Below the pieces are notes generated by a model. That model did not search any database, had not been told where the DNA came from, and worked only from the letters and a program-made list of their open reading frames with translations. Shown here in pieces: positions 12,836 to 24,620 of a stretch of 36,597 nt of DNA (its first letter is position 1; each line of letters opens with the position of its first letter). Both the position numbers and the translations under genes were made by a program. This DNA is from Octopus sinensis (Eukaryota), in the NCBI RefSeq assembly GCF_006345805.1, contig NW_021824703.1, positions 1-36,597 of the forward strand, read 5' to 3'.

Positions 12836-13084
12836 ATATATATATATATATACATACATACAGATTTGTGTGTGTGTGTGAGAGAGAGAGAATGTGTGTG
12901 TGTACATGTGTACATATATTTGTTTTACGTTCAGTTATAATAAAAATTGTTTTACATTAAACTGTTGGGTTACTCTATACTTCTTTAGAGTACAATTTCG
13001 ATCATTTAAGCCATCGTCCAACTATAGTGTAACTGGCCAAAACTTCGAAGTCGCTGTCAATAATATTCTTGTTTAAGAATAATA

Positions 13085-13152
13085 TATGCGCGGCATCTTT
13101 GTTAAGTGTCTTCTACTGTAGACTCGGGCCGAGCATGTGTGTGTGTGTGTGT

Positions 13153-13189
<37 letters not shown>

Positions 13190-13397
13190 TGTGTCTGTGT
13201 TTGTCCCCTCACCATCGCTTGACAACCGATGTTGGTGTGTTTACGTCCCTGTAACATTAGCTGTTCGGCAAAAGAGCCCTATATAGTAAGTACTAAGCAT
13301 ACAAAGAATATGTCCTATGGTCGATTTGTTCGACTAAAGGCGGCGCCCCGGCATGAACGCAGTTAATCTGACTGAAACAAATATAAGAATGAAAGAA
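13085..13397 (+). mobile_element. SINE family B with internal (TG)n and truncated head
   Basis: aagtgtcttctactgtagactcgggccga-(TG)n-catcgcttgacaaccgatgttggtgtgtttacgtccc...gactaaaggcggcgcccc...gactgaaacaaa. Confidence 0.88.
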
Positions 13398-13404
13398 TAT
13401 ATAT

Positions 13405-13456
13405 ATACTCTTTTACTCGTTTCAGTCATTTGACTGTGGCCATGCTGGAGCACCGC

Positions 13457-13460
<4 letters not shown>
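13405..13460 (-). mobile_element. SINE family B 3'-terminal stub
   Basis: tactcttttactcgtttcagtcatttgactgtggccatgctggagcaccgccttta. Confidence 0.85.
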
Positions 13461-13517
<57 letters not shown>

Positions 13518-14486
13518 ATATATACACATATATATATATATATGTATGCATGTATGTACGTATGTATGTATGTATGTATGTATGTATGTATGTATGTATT
13601 ATGTATGTATGTATGTATGTATTATGGATAGTTGCCATATGTCCGAGTACGATGCATATGTTTGCATTCTAGAGAAATACCATTAGCAAAATACGGAATT
13701 CTCACATCTATATGTGTTCCTTGTTTACGCGAATTAAACTATCAAATTTTCTGACGTTCCTTAGAATTCTGAGACAGAAAACTGAAGAATTCTGCCAATT
13801 CGTCACATTAAATGCTTCAGTGAGAATTTACAATGAAACAGCCAATATTTATTACAAGAAAAGTAAGGAAAACAAAACAGACAAAAGAAACAAAACACCC
13901 ACAAAAACAACAACGAAAGAGATATGTCTGTTTAATATATTCGCATACTGGCCTCTCAAATTTTGGAATTGGCTGCGCTTAAATAATTTTATTCCAGATT
14001 ATTTTCATCACTGAATCTTATTTTCATTTATTAATGCTATTCTTTTTTCTTTTTTTTTTTTTTTTTTTTGTTGGATCTCAGTAATAAATAAATAGATAAA
14101 TAAATGAATTTGCAATTAAATCAAACAAAAGAATGAGAATAAGAAAATCTTCATCATAATACTAAGGAATTAGTTAATGCTAGATTTCTTCAATGTGTTA
14201 AAGGATCCTTTAGTGACAGGGTTATTTATGCAAATAGAAATGAGGTTACACTGCCTCGTAACCTGTCATTATCTTTGACTAGAAAGCGTTAGCGCGTTAA
14301 CTGAGATAGCGCAATTTACATATGAATTTTAACCATCTGTTTCAGATAACCTTCTGAACGCTTTAATCCTTTGACTCGGCTGCCAAACGCGCATTTAAGA
14401 CACGTCTAATAAATATTTTCCAGGCAATCGATTGGGTCTTCTGCCAATTCTTATCCTGATAATGAAGAATATATATGACATGTTAT

Positions 14487-14730
14487 CTTTTATCTTTTAT
14501 TATTTCTTTCAGTCGTTGCAGTGCGGTCATTCTGGAGCACAGCCTTGAAGGGTTTGTCCTCCAGCGAATTGACATTAATCTCATTCAGTCTCGGTACTTT
14601 AGTTGTTTTTTTTTAATTTTAAGTCTGGAACTTATTCTGTCGGGCCCGTTTCCCAAAACGCTAGGTTACGGAGACGTAAACAAACGGATACTGGTTGCCA
14701 AACACAAACGCAAAGAGAGACACAAATATA
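14487..14730 (-). mobile_element. SINE family B 3' domain
   Basis: tttcagtcgttgcagtgcggtcattctggagcacagccttgaaggg...cgctaggttacggagacgtaaac. Confidence 0.75.
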
Positions 14731-14813
14731 AATACATACATACATACGTAGGTACCTACGTATATATATAATGAAACAGTTCTAGTCCTGTAGAAGCTCC
14801 TTCTATAAAATAA

Positions 14814-14874
<61 letters not shown>

Positions 14875-14932
14875 TGTATGTACATATGTATATATGCATA
14901 TATGCATGTATATATGTGCGTATGATTTGCAT

Positions 14933-15137
14933 TGTACTAGTCCCTCCACTGCTGCTTGATAACCGCTGTCTGTTTGTTTGCGGGCCCCGTAACTTAGTGG
15001 TTCGACAAGAGAGAGAGTGATAGAACAAGTACAGAGCTTAAGATCAAGCGTTGAGTCAATTTGTTCGACTAAAACCGTTCAAGGTGTCATCCCAGCATGG
15101 CAGCAGTCCACTGACTAAAGCAAGTTAATGATCAAAG
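14933..15137 (+). mobile_element. SINE family B 3' domain
   Basis: gcttgataaccg...ccccgtaacttagtggttcgac...caatttgttcgactaaaaccgttcaagg...cccagcatggcagcagtcc...gactaaagcaag. Confidence 0.75.
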
Positions 15138-15425
15138 ATTTTAAAACAACAGCGTTAAAATTGTTTTTGCGAGAACTTTACGGGTGGTTCTCAACTCTTT
15201 GTTTTTTTACCTATAGATCCCTTTGATTCCTTCGTTACTTGTGTGTGTGGGGGGGGGGGGTGAATAACCATCATAGCAATTCGGTGTTTCAAAAACCTAG
15301 TGTATTTATTTAATTATATGAAAATGTTTTTAAATATTTCATGTATCGTAGAAATATACCCTATTCATTGTACATAATTTTAACAACAAAGTCTTATTTG
15401 GGCTCCCGAATTATTACATTCCGAA

Positions 15426-15638
15426 AATTCTTTTCTAGGCACAAGGCCAGAAAATTTGTGGGAGGACACCAGTCGATTAGATCGACCCCAGTACGCAACT
15501 AGAACTTAATTTATAGATCCTGAAAAGATGAAAGGCAAAGTCGACCACGGCGGAATTTGAACTCAGAGCATAAAGACAGAGGAAATACCGCTAAGCACTT
15601 CGCCCAGCATCCTAACGTTTCTACCAGCTCGCTGCCTT
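15426..15638 (-). mobile_element. Full-length SINE family A
   Basis: Revcomp head aaggcagcgagctggtagaaacgttagg...gttcaaattccgccg (B-box-like), tail ...ggccttgtgcctagaaaagaat. Confidence 0.92.
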
Positions 15639-15647
15639 GGGGTTGAT

Positions 15648-16046
15648 ATAATATTCTTTTCCACTCTTGGCACAAGGCCAGAAATTTTGGGGGAGGGGGC
15701 CAGTTGATTAGATCGACCCCAGTACGCAACTGGTACTTAATTTATAGACCCTGATAGGATGAAAAGCAAAGTCGACCTCGACAGAATTTGAACACAGAAC
15801 GTAAAGACAGAAGAAATACCTATTTCTTTACTACCCACAAGGGGCTAAACACAGAGGGAACAAACAAGGACAGGCAAACGGATTAAGTCGATTATATCGA
15901 ACCCCGGTGCATAACTGGTACTTTATTTATCGACCCCGAAAAGATGAAAGGCAAAGTGGACCTCGGCGGAATTTGAACTCAGAACGTAACGGCAGAAGAT
16001 ATACGGCTACGCATTTCGCCCAGCATGCTAACGCTTCTACCGCCTT
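15648..16046 (-). mobile_element. Dimeric or nested SINE family A (one head, two bodies)
   Basis: Body 1 (16046-15821) ends in ...ccccttgtgggtagtaaagaaata and is joined directly to a second body starting ggtatttcttctgtctttacg (15820-15648) with a different tail. Confidence 0.85.
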
Positions 16047-16664
16047 TTTACATTTCAAAATTTGTACAAGAAATATATAAAAATTTGTGAAAAATATTTT
16101 GTAACTTGCAGAAATATTGCTAAATTGTTGCACATAAATTTTAAATCCAACAAATATTATTTGATACCCCAAGGGCCATTATGGACCCCGGTTAAGAATT
16201 ACTGATTTCTACATTTCGAAACGCTGTTTGCCATGAAAGTGAAACAGTTCGTGTGTATAATCGAGCCAGAATAATCGTAATATCAGAAGGCATCCACATG
16301 GTACGGTAATTAATACTTTTGCTTGCCTCCTGTGGTTCGAGGAGTGCTCTTAGTCTAATGCACGCAAACGCATCCATCTCACGATGTCAACAACCAGTTT
16401 TAATTTTTGGTTGCCTCACTAATGCATTTAGAGGAAGATGTGAACGTAGCATTTTACAACTTTCTCACCTCCGTACTAACATACCAGCGTCAGTAAGGTT
16501 ACTAGCCCTTGGCAGACAATTTTTCTTCCGGAAAGTTGCACAATTGCATTCAAATTTGAAGCGCAAGATACTGCCCAACTCAAACCTCATCCATATAATC
16601 CTTCCGTTGTTTCTTCTTAAATAGTTTCTTCTTGCATAAAGTTAGTAAAGTTAGTAATTATGAG

Positions 16665-16843
16665 GGGAATGGGTAAGTCGATTACATCGCACTTAGTCCT
16701 AATCTGGTGCTTATTTTATGGCCCTCGAAAGAGTTTGAGACAAAGTTGACCTCGGTGGCATTAGGACTCCTAACGTAAAGCTATAAGAAATGCGGCTAAG
16801 CATTTTGTGCTGCGTGCTAACGGTTGAACCAGCCCTCTGCCTT
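16665..16843 (-). mobile_element. SINE family A, degenerate
   Basis: taagtcgattacatcg...caaagttgacctcggtggcatt...aaatgcggctaagcattt...gctaacgg...ctgcct. Confidence 0.75.
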
Positions 16844-17332
16844 TTGTACCCTTAAAATATAGACCTACCCTATACTATTTATAATCAATCAGTCTATCTG
16901 AAACCAAGGCTACCGTTGGAAGAACTTTTCCCATTGGTCCTTTCTTTCAAAGACCAAGCATATTGTTAAATAACAAATCGCTATTACCACTAACAACATC
17001 ACATCAGATCCCGAAATAAATAAAAGAAAGTAAATGACTCGTTGTTTTTCTTCGCACAGTGTTCCTCTTTTGGGTTCATATTCGCTTCAAGTTAGCCTCT
17101 GTTACAAAAACAAAGAAAAAGAAAAAAAAAAGAATACTTCAGCATTCAGTGTTAAATTGATGTTGTATGAAATGATGTTTCGTTATACTATTTTGTATAC
17201 GATGTCCAACATCCGGGGAATCAAGTCTGTCGTCTATCTTGGTTTGAAAACAATGAAAAGCTGAGGGAAAGCGGCAACAGCAAAAAAGAAAATAACAGAT
17301 TCAACATTTTAAACCGTGAAGCAAAATAGTAA

Positions 17333-17370
17333 CATTCGACGTTTCGGATGCGTTATTCTTTGTCAAGTTA
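17333..17370 (-). ncRNA. Degenerate hammerhead-like motif in a probable Penelope-like LTR remnant
   Basis: Revcomp TTGACAA-agaataacgcatcc-GAAA-CGTC. The GAAACGTC half with a GUC triplet is intact; the CUGANGA half and stem II are decayed. Confidence 0.35.
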
Positions 17371-17804
17371 TAATGAATATAATGATAGAAGAAAAGAAGT
17401 GTAATATATATTATAGATAAAGAGCTTAATGTTAAGTATAAAAGACAAAGAAAATTGCAGGAAGTCTGTATATCTACATAGACTCTGAACTAAGTAGTAG
17501 AGAAAAGTTCAATAATGTATTCATTATCTTTACAAAATGCGTGTAGAAAGAGAGTTTTGATATTTCCTTATTGGTTCTTTATGTTTAGGACATCGGAACA
17601 ATGGTGTTCCTAAATCCATTAACCTTGCTGCTAACAACAAAACGCAGCTAAAATGTACCACTATTAACATTTCATTTAGAAACTCACATCGAGGTCTTGG
17701 AACGTTAATTTACTTAGGAAAGCCATTGTTGCAAGCAAGATATAAAGGACTGATAAGGAAATATGAAAAATCATTTATAAAAAGAGATCAAACTAGAAGA
17801 TTAA

Positions 17805-18003
17805 ATGTATGTATGTATGTATGTATGTATGTATGTATGTATGTATGTATGTATCTATGTATGTATGTATGTATATATGCATGTATGTATGTATGTATAT
17901 ATGTATGTATGTATATATGTATGTATGCATGCATGTATGTATGTATATATGTACGTATATATGTATATATGTATATATGTATGTATGTATATATGTATGT
18001 ATG

Positions 18004-18037
<34 letters not shown>

Positions 18038-18400
18038 TGTATGTATGTATGTATGTAGGTAGGTAGGTAGGTAGGTATACATGAATCTCTGGATGTATAA
18101 ATGTATGAATGTATTTGTGCATGAATATATGTATCGATGAATGTATATAACTATACATGTGTGTGTGTGCGTGTTTGTGTGTGTGTGTAAGAATGTATGT
18201 ATGCATGCAATATGTATGTATATATGTATGTATATACGTATGAATGTATGTATGAATGTATATATGTATATGTACGTGTGTGTATGTATTCACATATGTA
18301 AATATGTACATGTGTATGAATGTATGCATGTAAATGTGTACGTATATATGTATGTGTGTGTGAGTTGTGCTTGTCTGTGTGAATTGTATGCATGCATGTT
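17805..18400. repeat. (TATG)n/(TAGG)n/(TG)n field
   Basis: Direct reading. Confidence 0.95.
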
Positions 18401-19027
18401 TAGGGGAACAGAAATGAGACGGTAAACAAATAAGATGGTTGAAAATGTTGATAGATAGAAAGATAGATAGATAGATATAGATAGTGCGAGAGAGAGAGAA
18501 GGAGAGAGAGAAAGGGAGAGAGAGATAAAGACCAATGCAATGGAAGAAAGAAAAAGAGAGACGAGTAAATTGTAGATCATACGAAGATGGTATCGCACCA
18601 CTTTATCTATTAGTATTGTTTGTCTTTACTCCATGTTTGTGTAGGTGTATGCCACAAAAGAGCAACAACATATTCTGTTCCAGCGAACAAGAGGAAAAAG
18701 ACAGAGAAGGAAACGAAAAGGAGGAAGAGAATGATGAATGGAAGGGATGGAGAAAAAACAAAAATACTTTGAAAAAATGAAAGCAAAAAAAAATAAAAAG
18801 AGAAAGAAAGAAGGATATAGATATTATTAACCTAAGGTTCCTGTAGGAATTTAATCTAATCTTATTAGAGAATAAAAAGAATTAGACAATAAGAATATCT
18901 TGTGTTTGGTTGTGAGGAGCTAGAATTAAGTGGAAAGGAAGAGTTGTCTTATCAACAATAAGGACTAGCGTGACAAAATGCGATGACAAGACGAACGGAA
19001 ACAGAATGGCAGCAGAAACGTGATGTG

Positions 19028-19063
<36 letters not shown>

Positions 19064-20502
19064 ATGAAACGACAATATCTAAGGAATGAAAAATGCTCCG
19101 ACCTCACTAACAGCAACAGCAACAACAACAACAGCAATGATCAAATGCATTTGCAAGATACATAATGAAAGAAAGAAGGAAAAATTTCTTGCATTTACAA
19201 GCGTCGCAACCGTCGCCATTTTCTTCTAGTGACGGCCATTGTTGGTGTTTTGTTCGTTGTTGTTATTGTTTCTGTCGTGTTTCCGCTGAAGCAGCTGCGA
19301 TGGGTTTGCGGTGGCAGCCATTGTTGATTGTTTTGGTATTCTTATTCTTGTTGTTATTATTATTTGTTTATTGTATATATTTATTTGTTCCGTTTTTGCG
19401 TTTTCTGATATCGAGCAGTGGCAAAAATATGAGAGTACCGGACAAAATGTCTAGCAGTTTTTAGTTAAGTCACTTTTCTGTTCTTGTTTTAGATTTCATT
19501 GTACTTTATCTAAATCATTTCTTGTTATTTTAAATGTCTAGGTTATCTCCCCTCTTTCTCTTTTCTTACATTAGAGTTAAGCATTTAGAAATGATTATTC
19601 GGATCATTGTGACTGTAATTTTAATTCCATATTTCTTGATTTACCGCCCTAAACATGTCGGCATACATCTTTGCTATTAGATTTTCTCAAAGCAGGGACA
19701 CTTCCGTAATATTTGTAGCCATTCTAAAGTATTATGCCATTCATTGTTCTTTCACGAAGAAGCCATCTAAGTTTAGTCCCCCTAATATCATATCAAACCT
19801 CATCAGAATAATGAATTTTCAACATGGCTGCCGGCAGAACGTGATATTATTTATGAAGTTCAAAACATCCGAGTAGTTTGTACCGCTGAACAGTCATGTT
19901 ATATTATTTTTCGCTAATGAGGTCAGTTAACGCTAAAACATGTTTGAAATTGTCGCCATACTGTTAAAGCTCTGAACCACTAACATTATATTCCCTTTTA
20001 AATAAAATTTTGATTAAAATTCCAATTTTCTCTTCTCTGTCGTTTCACACCAGATTTAATCATTTTGATAATAAATTTTCAGCACTGTTTTAACATAATA
20101 AGAATTTATTAACTTACAACAAGTTTGCCATCGACCACTTAATTATAAATTGTTTATCTTGCAGCTGACCTTGTGTCACTTTTCTAGTCATCTTTTAAAT
20201 TTACAAGTTGTAAAATACTTCAGTGAATTAACTTTATGGCGTCTTGTTTCTATTTCTCTGGTCTTGTTCCAAAGTCAGAAATCAAGACTATTCCACTGGC
20301 ATTACTTAACATTATTTATGAGTAACTCTTATATATCTTAGTTATATCTACTGGTTCTTCGGTGTTTCTAACTCTTTCAGAGTTTCTGGTGTACAGACAA
20401 TCTGATAAAAAGTTTCTGTTGCGCTTCGTATAAAATGTTAAGGAAAACATTTGATATAAATTTAAATATTTAGTAAAACTACAGAAATATATCATATAAT
20501 AT

Positions 20503-20725
20503 GTATTTGTTTATTGCCCACAGGAGATGGGGGCCTTAGCATACATGGGACAAAAAAGGGGATTAAGTCGATTAGATCGACCCCAGTCCGTAAATGGTAC
20601 TTACTTAATCGACCCCGAAAGGTAAAGTCGACCGCGGCAGAATTTGAACTCAGAACGTAATGGCAGACGAAATACGGCTACACATTTTGCCCGGTATGCT
20701 AACGTTTCTGCCAGCTCACCGCCTT
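20503..20725 (-). mobile_element. Full-length SINE family A (tail variant)
   Basis: Revcomp aaggcggtgagctggcagaaacgttagcataccgggcaaaatgtg...ttctgagttcaaattctgccgcggtcgacttt...cctgtgggcaataaacaaata. Confidence 0.9.
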
Positions 20726-20959
20726 GTTTTATTAATCCAACTTGTCTTTCAAGTAGCTCAGTTTGGATTTAGATCGTAGTTTTAAAAGTTCTCGTTGCAG
20801 CGAGATACTCATTCGGTGTATGAGTGCGTTGAGTCACATCCATTGAGAATCATTGAAATATGATTTTGTGTTGCTGATAAGCCTCAAATCGGTTCCGTCG
20901 AAGCCATGAACAAAAAATTCCATCCGTAATCATCCTGTTTTTATTTAAATAAATTGACA

Positions 20960-21245
20960 CTCAGTCAGTTATGACGACGTGGGTTCCAGTTGATCCGATC
21001 AACGGAACAGCCTGCTCGAAAATTGACGCGCAAGTGGCCGAAGGCTCCACAAACAAGCATACCTTTAACGTAGTTCTCCAGGTGATTCAGTGTATCGCAA
21101 GATGTCACAAGGCTGGCTCTCTGAAATACAGTGTAACTCATCTTTGCCAGCTGAGTTTACCCTAAGAAACAACGCCCGCCGGGAATCGAACTCACCACCT
21201 TACGATCGTGAGTTGAATATCTTAACTATTAAGCCACGCACCTTC
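20960..21245 (-). mobile_element. tRNA-derived SINE of a third family
   Basis: Revcomp head ggtgcgTGGCTTAATAGttaag (A box)...GAGTTCGATTCC (B box); 3' part gagcaggctgttccgttgatcggatcaactggaaccc. Confidence 0.85.
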
Positions 21246-22719
21246 ATTTTTATTTAAACATTGCGCATATTGGCCCTCGATATCTAATGAATCCGTTTTT
21301 TAACACGGTGGGATGTGATCCGAAGGAGATTTGGTTGCTAACTTTAGCCGGTGGAACGATTATGTAGCGACACCTAACGTTGCCTCATGTTAAATGTGCA
21401 TTTTGGTATCTATGCAGAAGTAAGTCATATAAAATCGTTTTTAATCTATTTCAGGATTTTAGGATTACATTTTGAAGGAGATAATCTGGTCCATAAAGAT
21501 AAATAAGTGTTGGCGACTGAAAAATGATATATTGATTCCGATAGATTTTGAAACCGGATCGTTAAAGACAAATCTCAAATACCACAGTGTATTTATAATA
21601 GCAATTACGATATCAGTACTTTCATATATCCAAGCATGTATAAAATATTGATTGAGATCGGTTAATAATTGTGCTGTATGGCTATAATCGGATCAATAAA
21701 TTCTATGATGTCTTCGTAAATAAATACATAATTGAATCTACACACATACCTGAGCATCATAAACATCTTTGTACAGAAAATGTTTGATCATTGTTGAATA
21801 CCTGTGGGACGATTTATATACATTATAAATGTAATAGATTGTGAGATATAATGCATTTAATAAATTAGATTTTACACCCACGTCTTGCCAAAATAAAGTC
21901 AGTGGTATTCGTGTTTCCTGATGAGAGATATCTATTAGCGAAGGTATTAGCGGAATGAGTAAAAGAGGTTCAATCGAAGATCGGTTCTATGTATCGACCA
22001 GATTTCCAAGCAGCTTTGGCTTCATTTTGTATATACACAAACATTTCAAAAGTAAATAAACACTCCTTATTATCCCCACTCTTATCTGTGCAGATATCAT
22101 TTGGTGCTTCAAACTTGTTTATGCATTCTGTAGAAGGCATGTCTGCTAAACGCTGTGTGTGTTGGATCTGAAGTAGATTCTGGGTCGAACGAAAACTGCG
22201 ACGGAGAAAGTATGAGTGGGTCGTACTGAAAGGATAGAGGAAGAATTCGGTGAGAAAAGCAGAGTAAGAAACTTAGAAATGAAAGAAGAATAATGGCTCA
22301 CAACCTGGGAAATACCGTTGCTTCCAGTATCCAGAGAAAAGTGAACGAATTCTATATAAATGTAAAGTTAACGACATTAAAGGGAGACAGAGAACAAACA
22401 GCATAGGTGTCAGCCATATTTTGTGTTCAGACAATCAACATCATCGGCATCCTCATCATCATCTTCATCATCATCTTTATTATTATTCTTGTTATTATAA
22501 AGTCAATACTCAACGAAAAGAACTCGATGCAATTTTTACAAATCGTATCGTGTTCTTATTCTGCATTTACCTTCGTGTTGTACGGCAATCTTGATCAATT
22601 ATTATTATTATCATCATCATCATAATTATCGTTATCATTAGTTCTGCTTACTAATGAACTGCAGTTATGTCTTTCTTGGTGGTTGGGCAGATAATAGTTT
22701 TGTGTGAAACTATTTAAAA

Positions 22720-22766
<47 letters not shown>

Positions 22767-22771
22767 ATATC

Positions 22772-22885
22772 ATGTGATCACGTGACCGACCAGACCATCA
22801 GATGTTTTACACATCTCTGGTCACAATACGTTTGCACTGTTTTAGCCTTCAAATGACGCCACCCCGCTGGCTAAGCGAGCAGGCA
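22772..22885 (-). mobile_element. 3'-terminal fragment of an octopus-type SINE with stem-loop
   Basis: catgtgatcacgtgaccgaccag...agatgt-tttac-acatct-ctggtcac...ttagccttcaaatgacgccaccccgctggctaagcgagcagg, flanked by (TA)n. Family and orientation recognised from memory only. Confidence 0.65.
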
Positions 22886-22936
22886 ATATATATATATATA
22901 TATATAGATATATGTATATATGTATGCATGTAGGTG

Positions 22937-22977
<41 letters not shown>

Positions 22978-23030
22978 TTGTATTTATATATATATATATA
23001 TTCAAATATGTATGCATTTATGTATGTATG

Positions 23031-23064
<34 letters not shown>

Positions 23065-23090
23065 TGTATGTATGTATGTATGTATGTATG
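22885..23090. repeat. (TA)n/(TG)n/(TATG)n
   Basis: Direct reading. Confidence 0.9.
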
Positions 23091-23628
23091 AAAGAATGGA
23101 ATCTCATGAAACAATTTTTGGATATGCGCAAAAGAAAGTGGATAGATAGAAATACTTAACAATGGCTACTGCAAGAAAAATGAAGGGAAAAAAGAATTGA
23201 AAAATATAAGAAGGAAAGCAAAGTAAATAAACAAAAAGAAAATGTGTATAGATGAGACTGGAAGATATTGGATTGGCTGACATCTCGGCGTGGAAGGTGA
23301 GAAAGCTACTTTATTACTGGAATTAAGACCGGCGTAGAAGTAAGAGTGTTTGCGGTGTCGGAGTATGGTTAAGTCTATGAGAACCAAGTGCAACGTGCTA
23401 AAATAAGGAAGCGAATGAAGGGAAGAGTATTTGGAGGAACGAATTTCGTTTTGACCAGTCTGGATTCTTTATTGTAACCGAGCTCTTTAATAGCGAAAAT
23501 ATTCCTGGCAACTTGGATAGCAAGTAAATATGTCAGGAAGAAGACATCCGCCATATTTGTCCTTGTGATTTCGTGCGCACGTTTGCGCTTGAGTGTATGT
23601 GTGTGCATGTGTATATGCATGCATGTGC

Positions 23629-23659
<31 letters not shown>

Positions 23660-23777
23660 TGTGTATTTATATCATTTTATTCGTGTATTCATTTATATGT
23701 TTATTTTTATTATGTTTGTAAGCATGCGCATCGTGAAAATTTCCTAAATTAAATATCACACTCGACGTATGGATTCT

Positions 23778-23879
23778 ATTATTGTTGTTGTTGTTATTGT
23801 TTGTTGTTGTTGTTATCACCTCCACCACCATCATCATGATCATCATGATCATCATCATTATTATTATCATTATCATCAG

Positions 23880-23922
<43 letters not shown>
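23778..23922. repeat. (GTT)n/(CAT)n/(ATT)n triplet tract
   Basis: Direct reading. Confidence 0.9.
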
Positions 23923-24152
23923 CTAAATGATTTAAGTGTGCTAGAAGTATTCTTAGAAGCTTACGTAATGTTTCATTCTTTGTTTTAAAATATTCACTCA
24001 TAATTGTAGCCCGAGGAATGTTGCTCTTTGTTTAAACATGTGAATGAAAAGATGCTGTTTGCTGAACTTATCATCGTTATCTCACATAATGCAAACCATG
24101 CGACTGAAGCAATAGAAGCGGTTGAGCATCACGATAAATAATTAATAACATG

Positions 24153-24380
24153 TCTTTCATTTGTTCCCATCATTGGACTACGACCAAGGTGGAGCATCGC
24201 CTTGCAGCATTTTTAATTTTTAGCTGAACCAAATCGGCTCCAGTACTTATTTTCAAGTCTGCTACATATTCTGTAAGTGTCCTTTCGTTTTGTCCAGGGA
24301 CAAAAAACAAACCAGCACCGGTTGTCAAGGAGTGGGTGATAAACGCAAAAACAAATACACGAATAGACACTAAGAATCCC
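24153..24380 (-). mobile_element. SINE family B 3' domain, degenerate
   Basis: tttcatttgttcccatcattggactacgaccaaggtggagcatcgcctt...cagtacttattt...accagcaccggttgtcaagg. Confidence 0.65.
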
Positions 24381-24620
24381 ACATATATATGCGTGTGTGT
24401 ATGTGTATGTGTGTGCGTGTGTATGTGAGTATGTGTGTGTGTGCACATGCGTGTATTTGTGTGTATATGTTTGTGTATGAGTGCATATGTGTGTATGTGT
24501 GTATATGTGCGTATGCGTGTATGTATGTGTGCGTGTGTGTTTATGCGTGTGTGTATGTGTGCGTGTGTACGAGTGTGTTTGTATGTGTGTGCATGTATAT
24601 GTGTGTGTGTGTGTGTGTGT

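Larger units (their letters stand above)
15182..16204. mobile_element. hAT-like non-autonomous element interrupted by nested SINEs
   Basis: Left end GGGTGGTTCTCAACT and right end (revcomp) CAGTAATTCTTAACC both resemble CAGTGGTTCTCAACC hAT termini. Flanking 8-mers AACTTTAC and ATTTCTAC match at 5/8. Confidence 0.55.

Noticed and set aside
15249-15260. Poly-G run as a G-quadruplex or regulatory site
   Set aside because: It is a single homopolymer inside a MITE with no functional evidence.
21172-21245. tRNA-like sequence with A and B boxes; also 29130-29188 and 27870-27950
   Set aside because: Each continues into a SINE body and lacks a complete acceptor stem, so these are SINE heads rather than tRNA genes.
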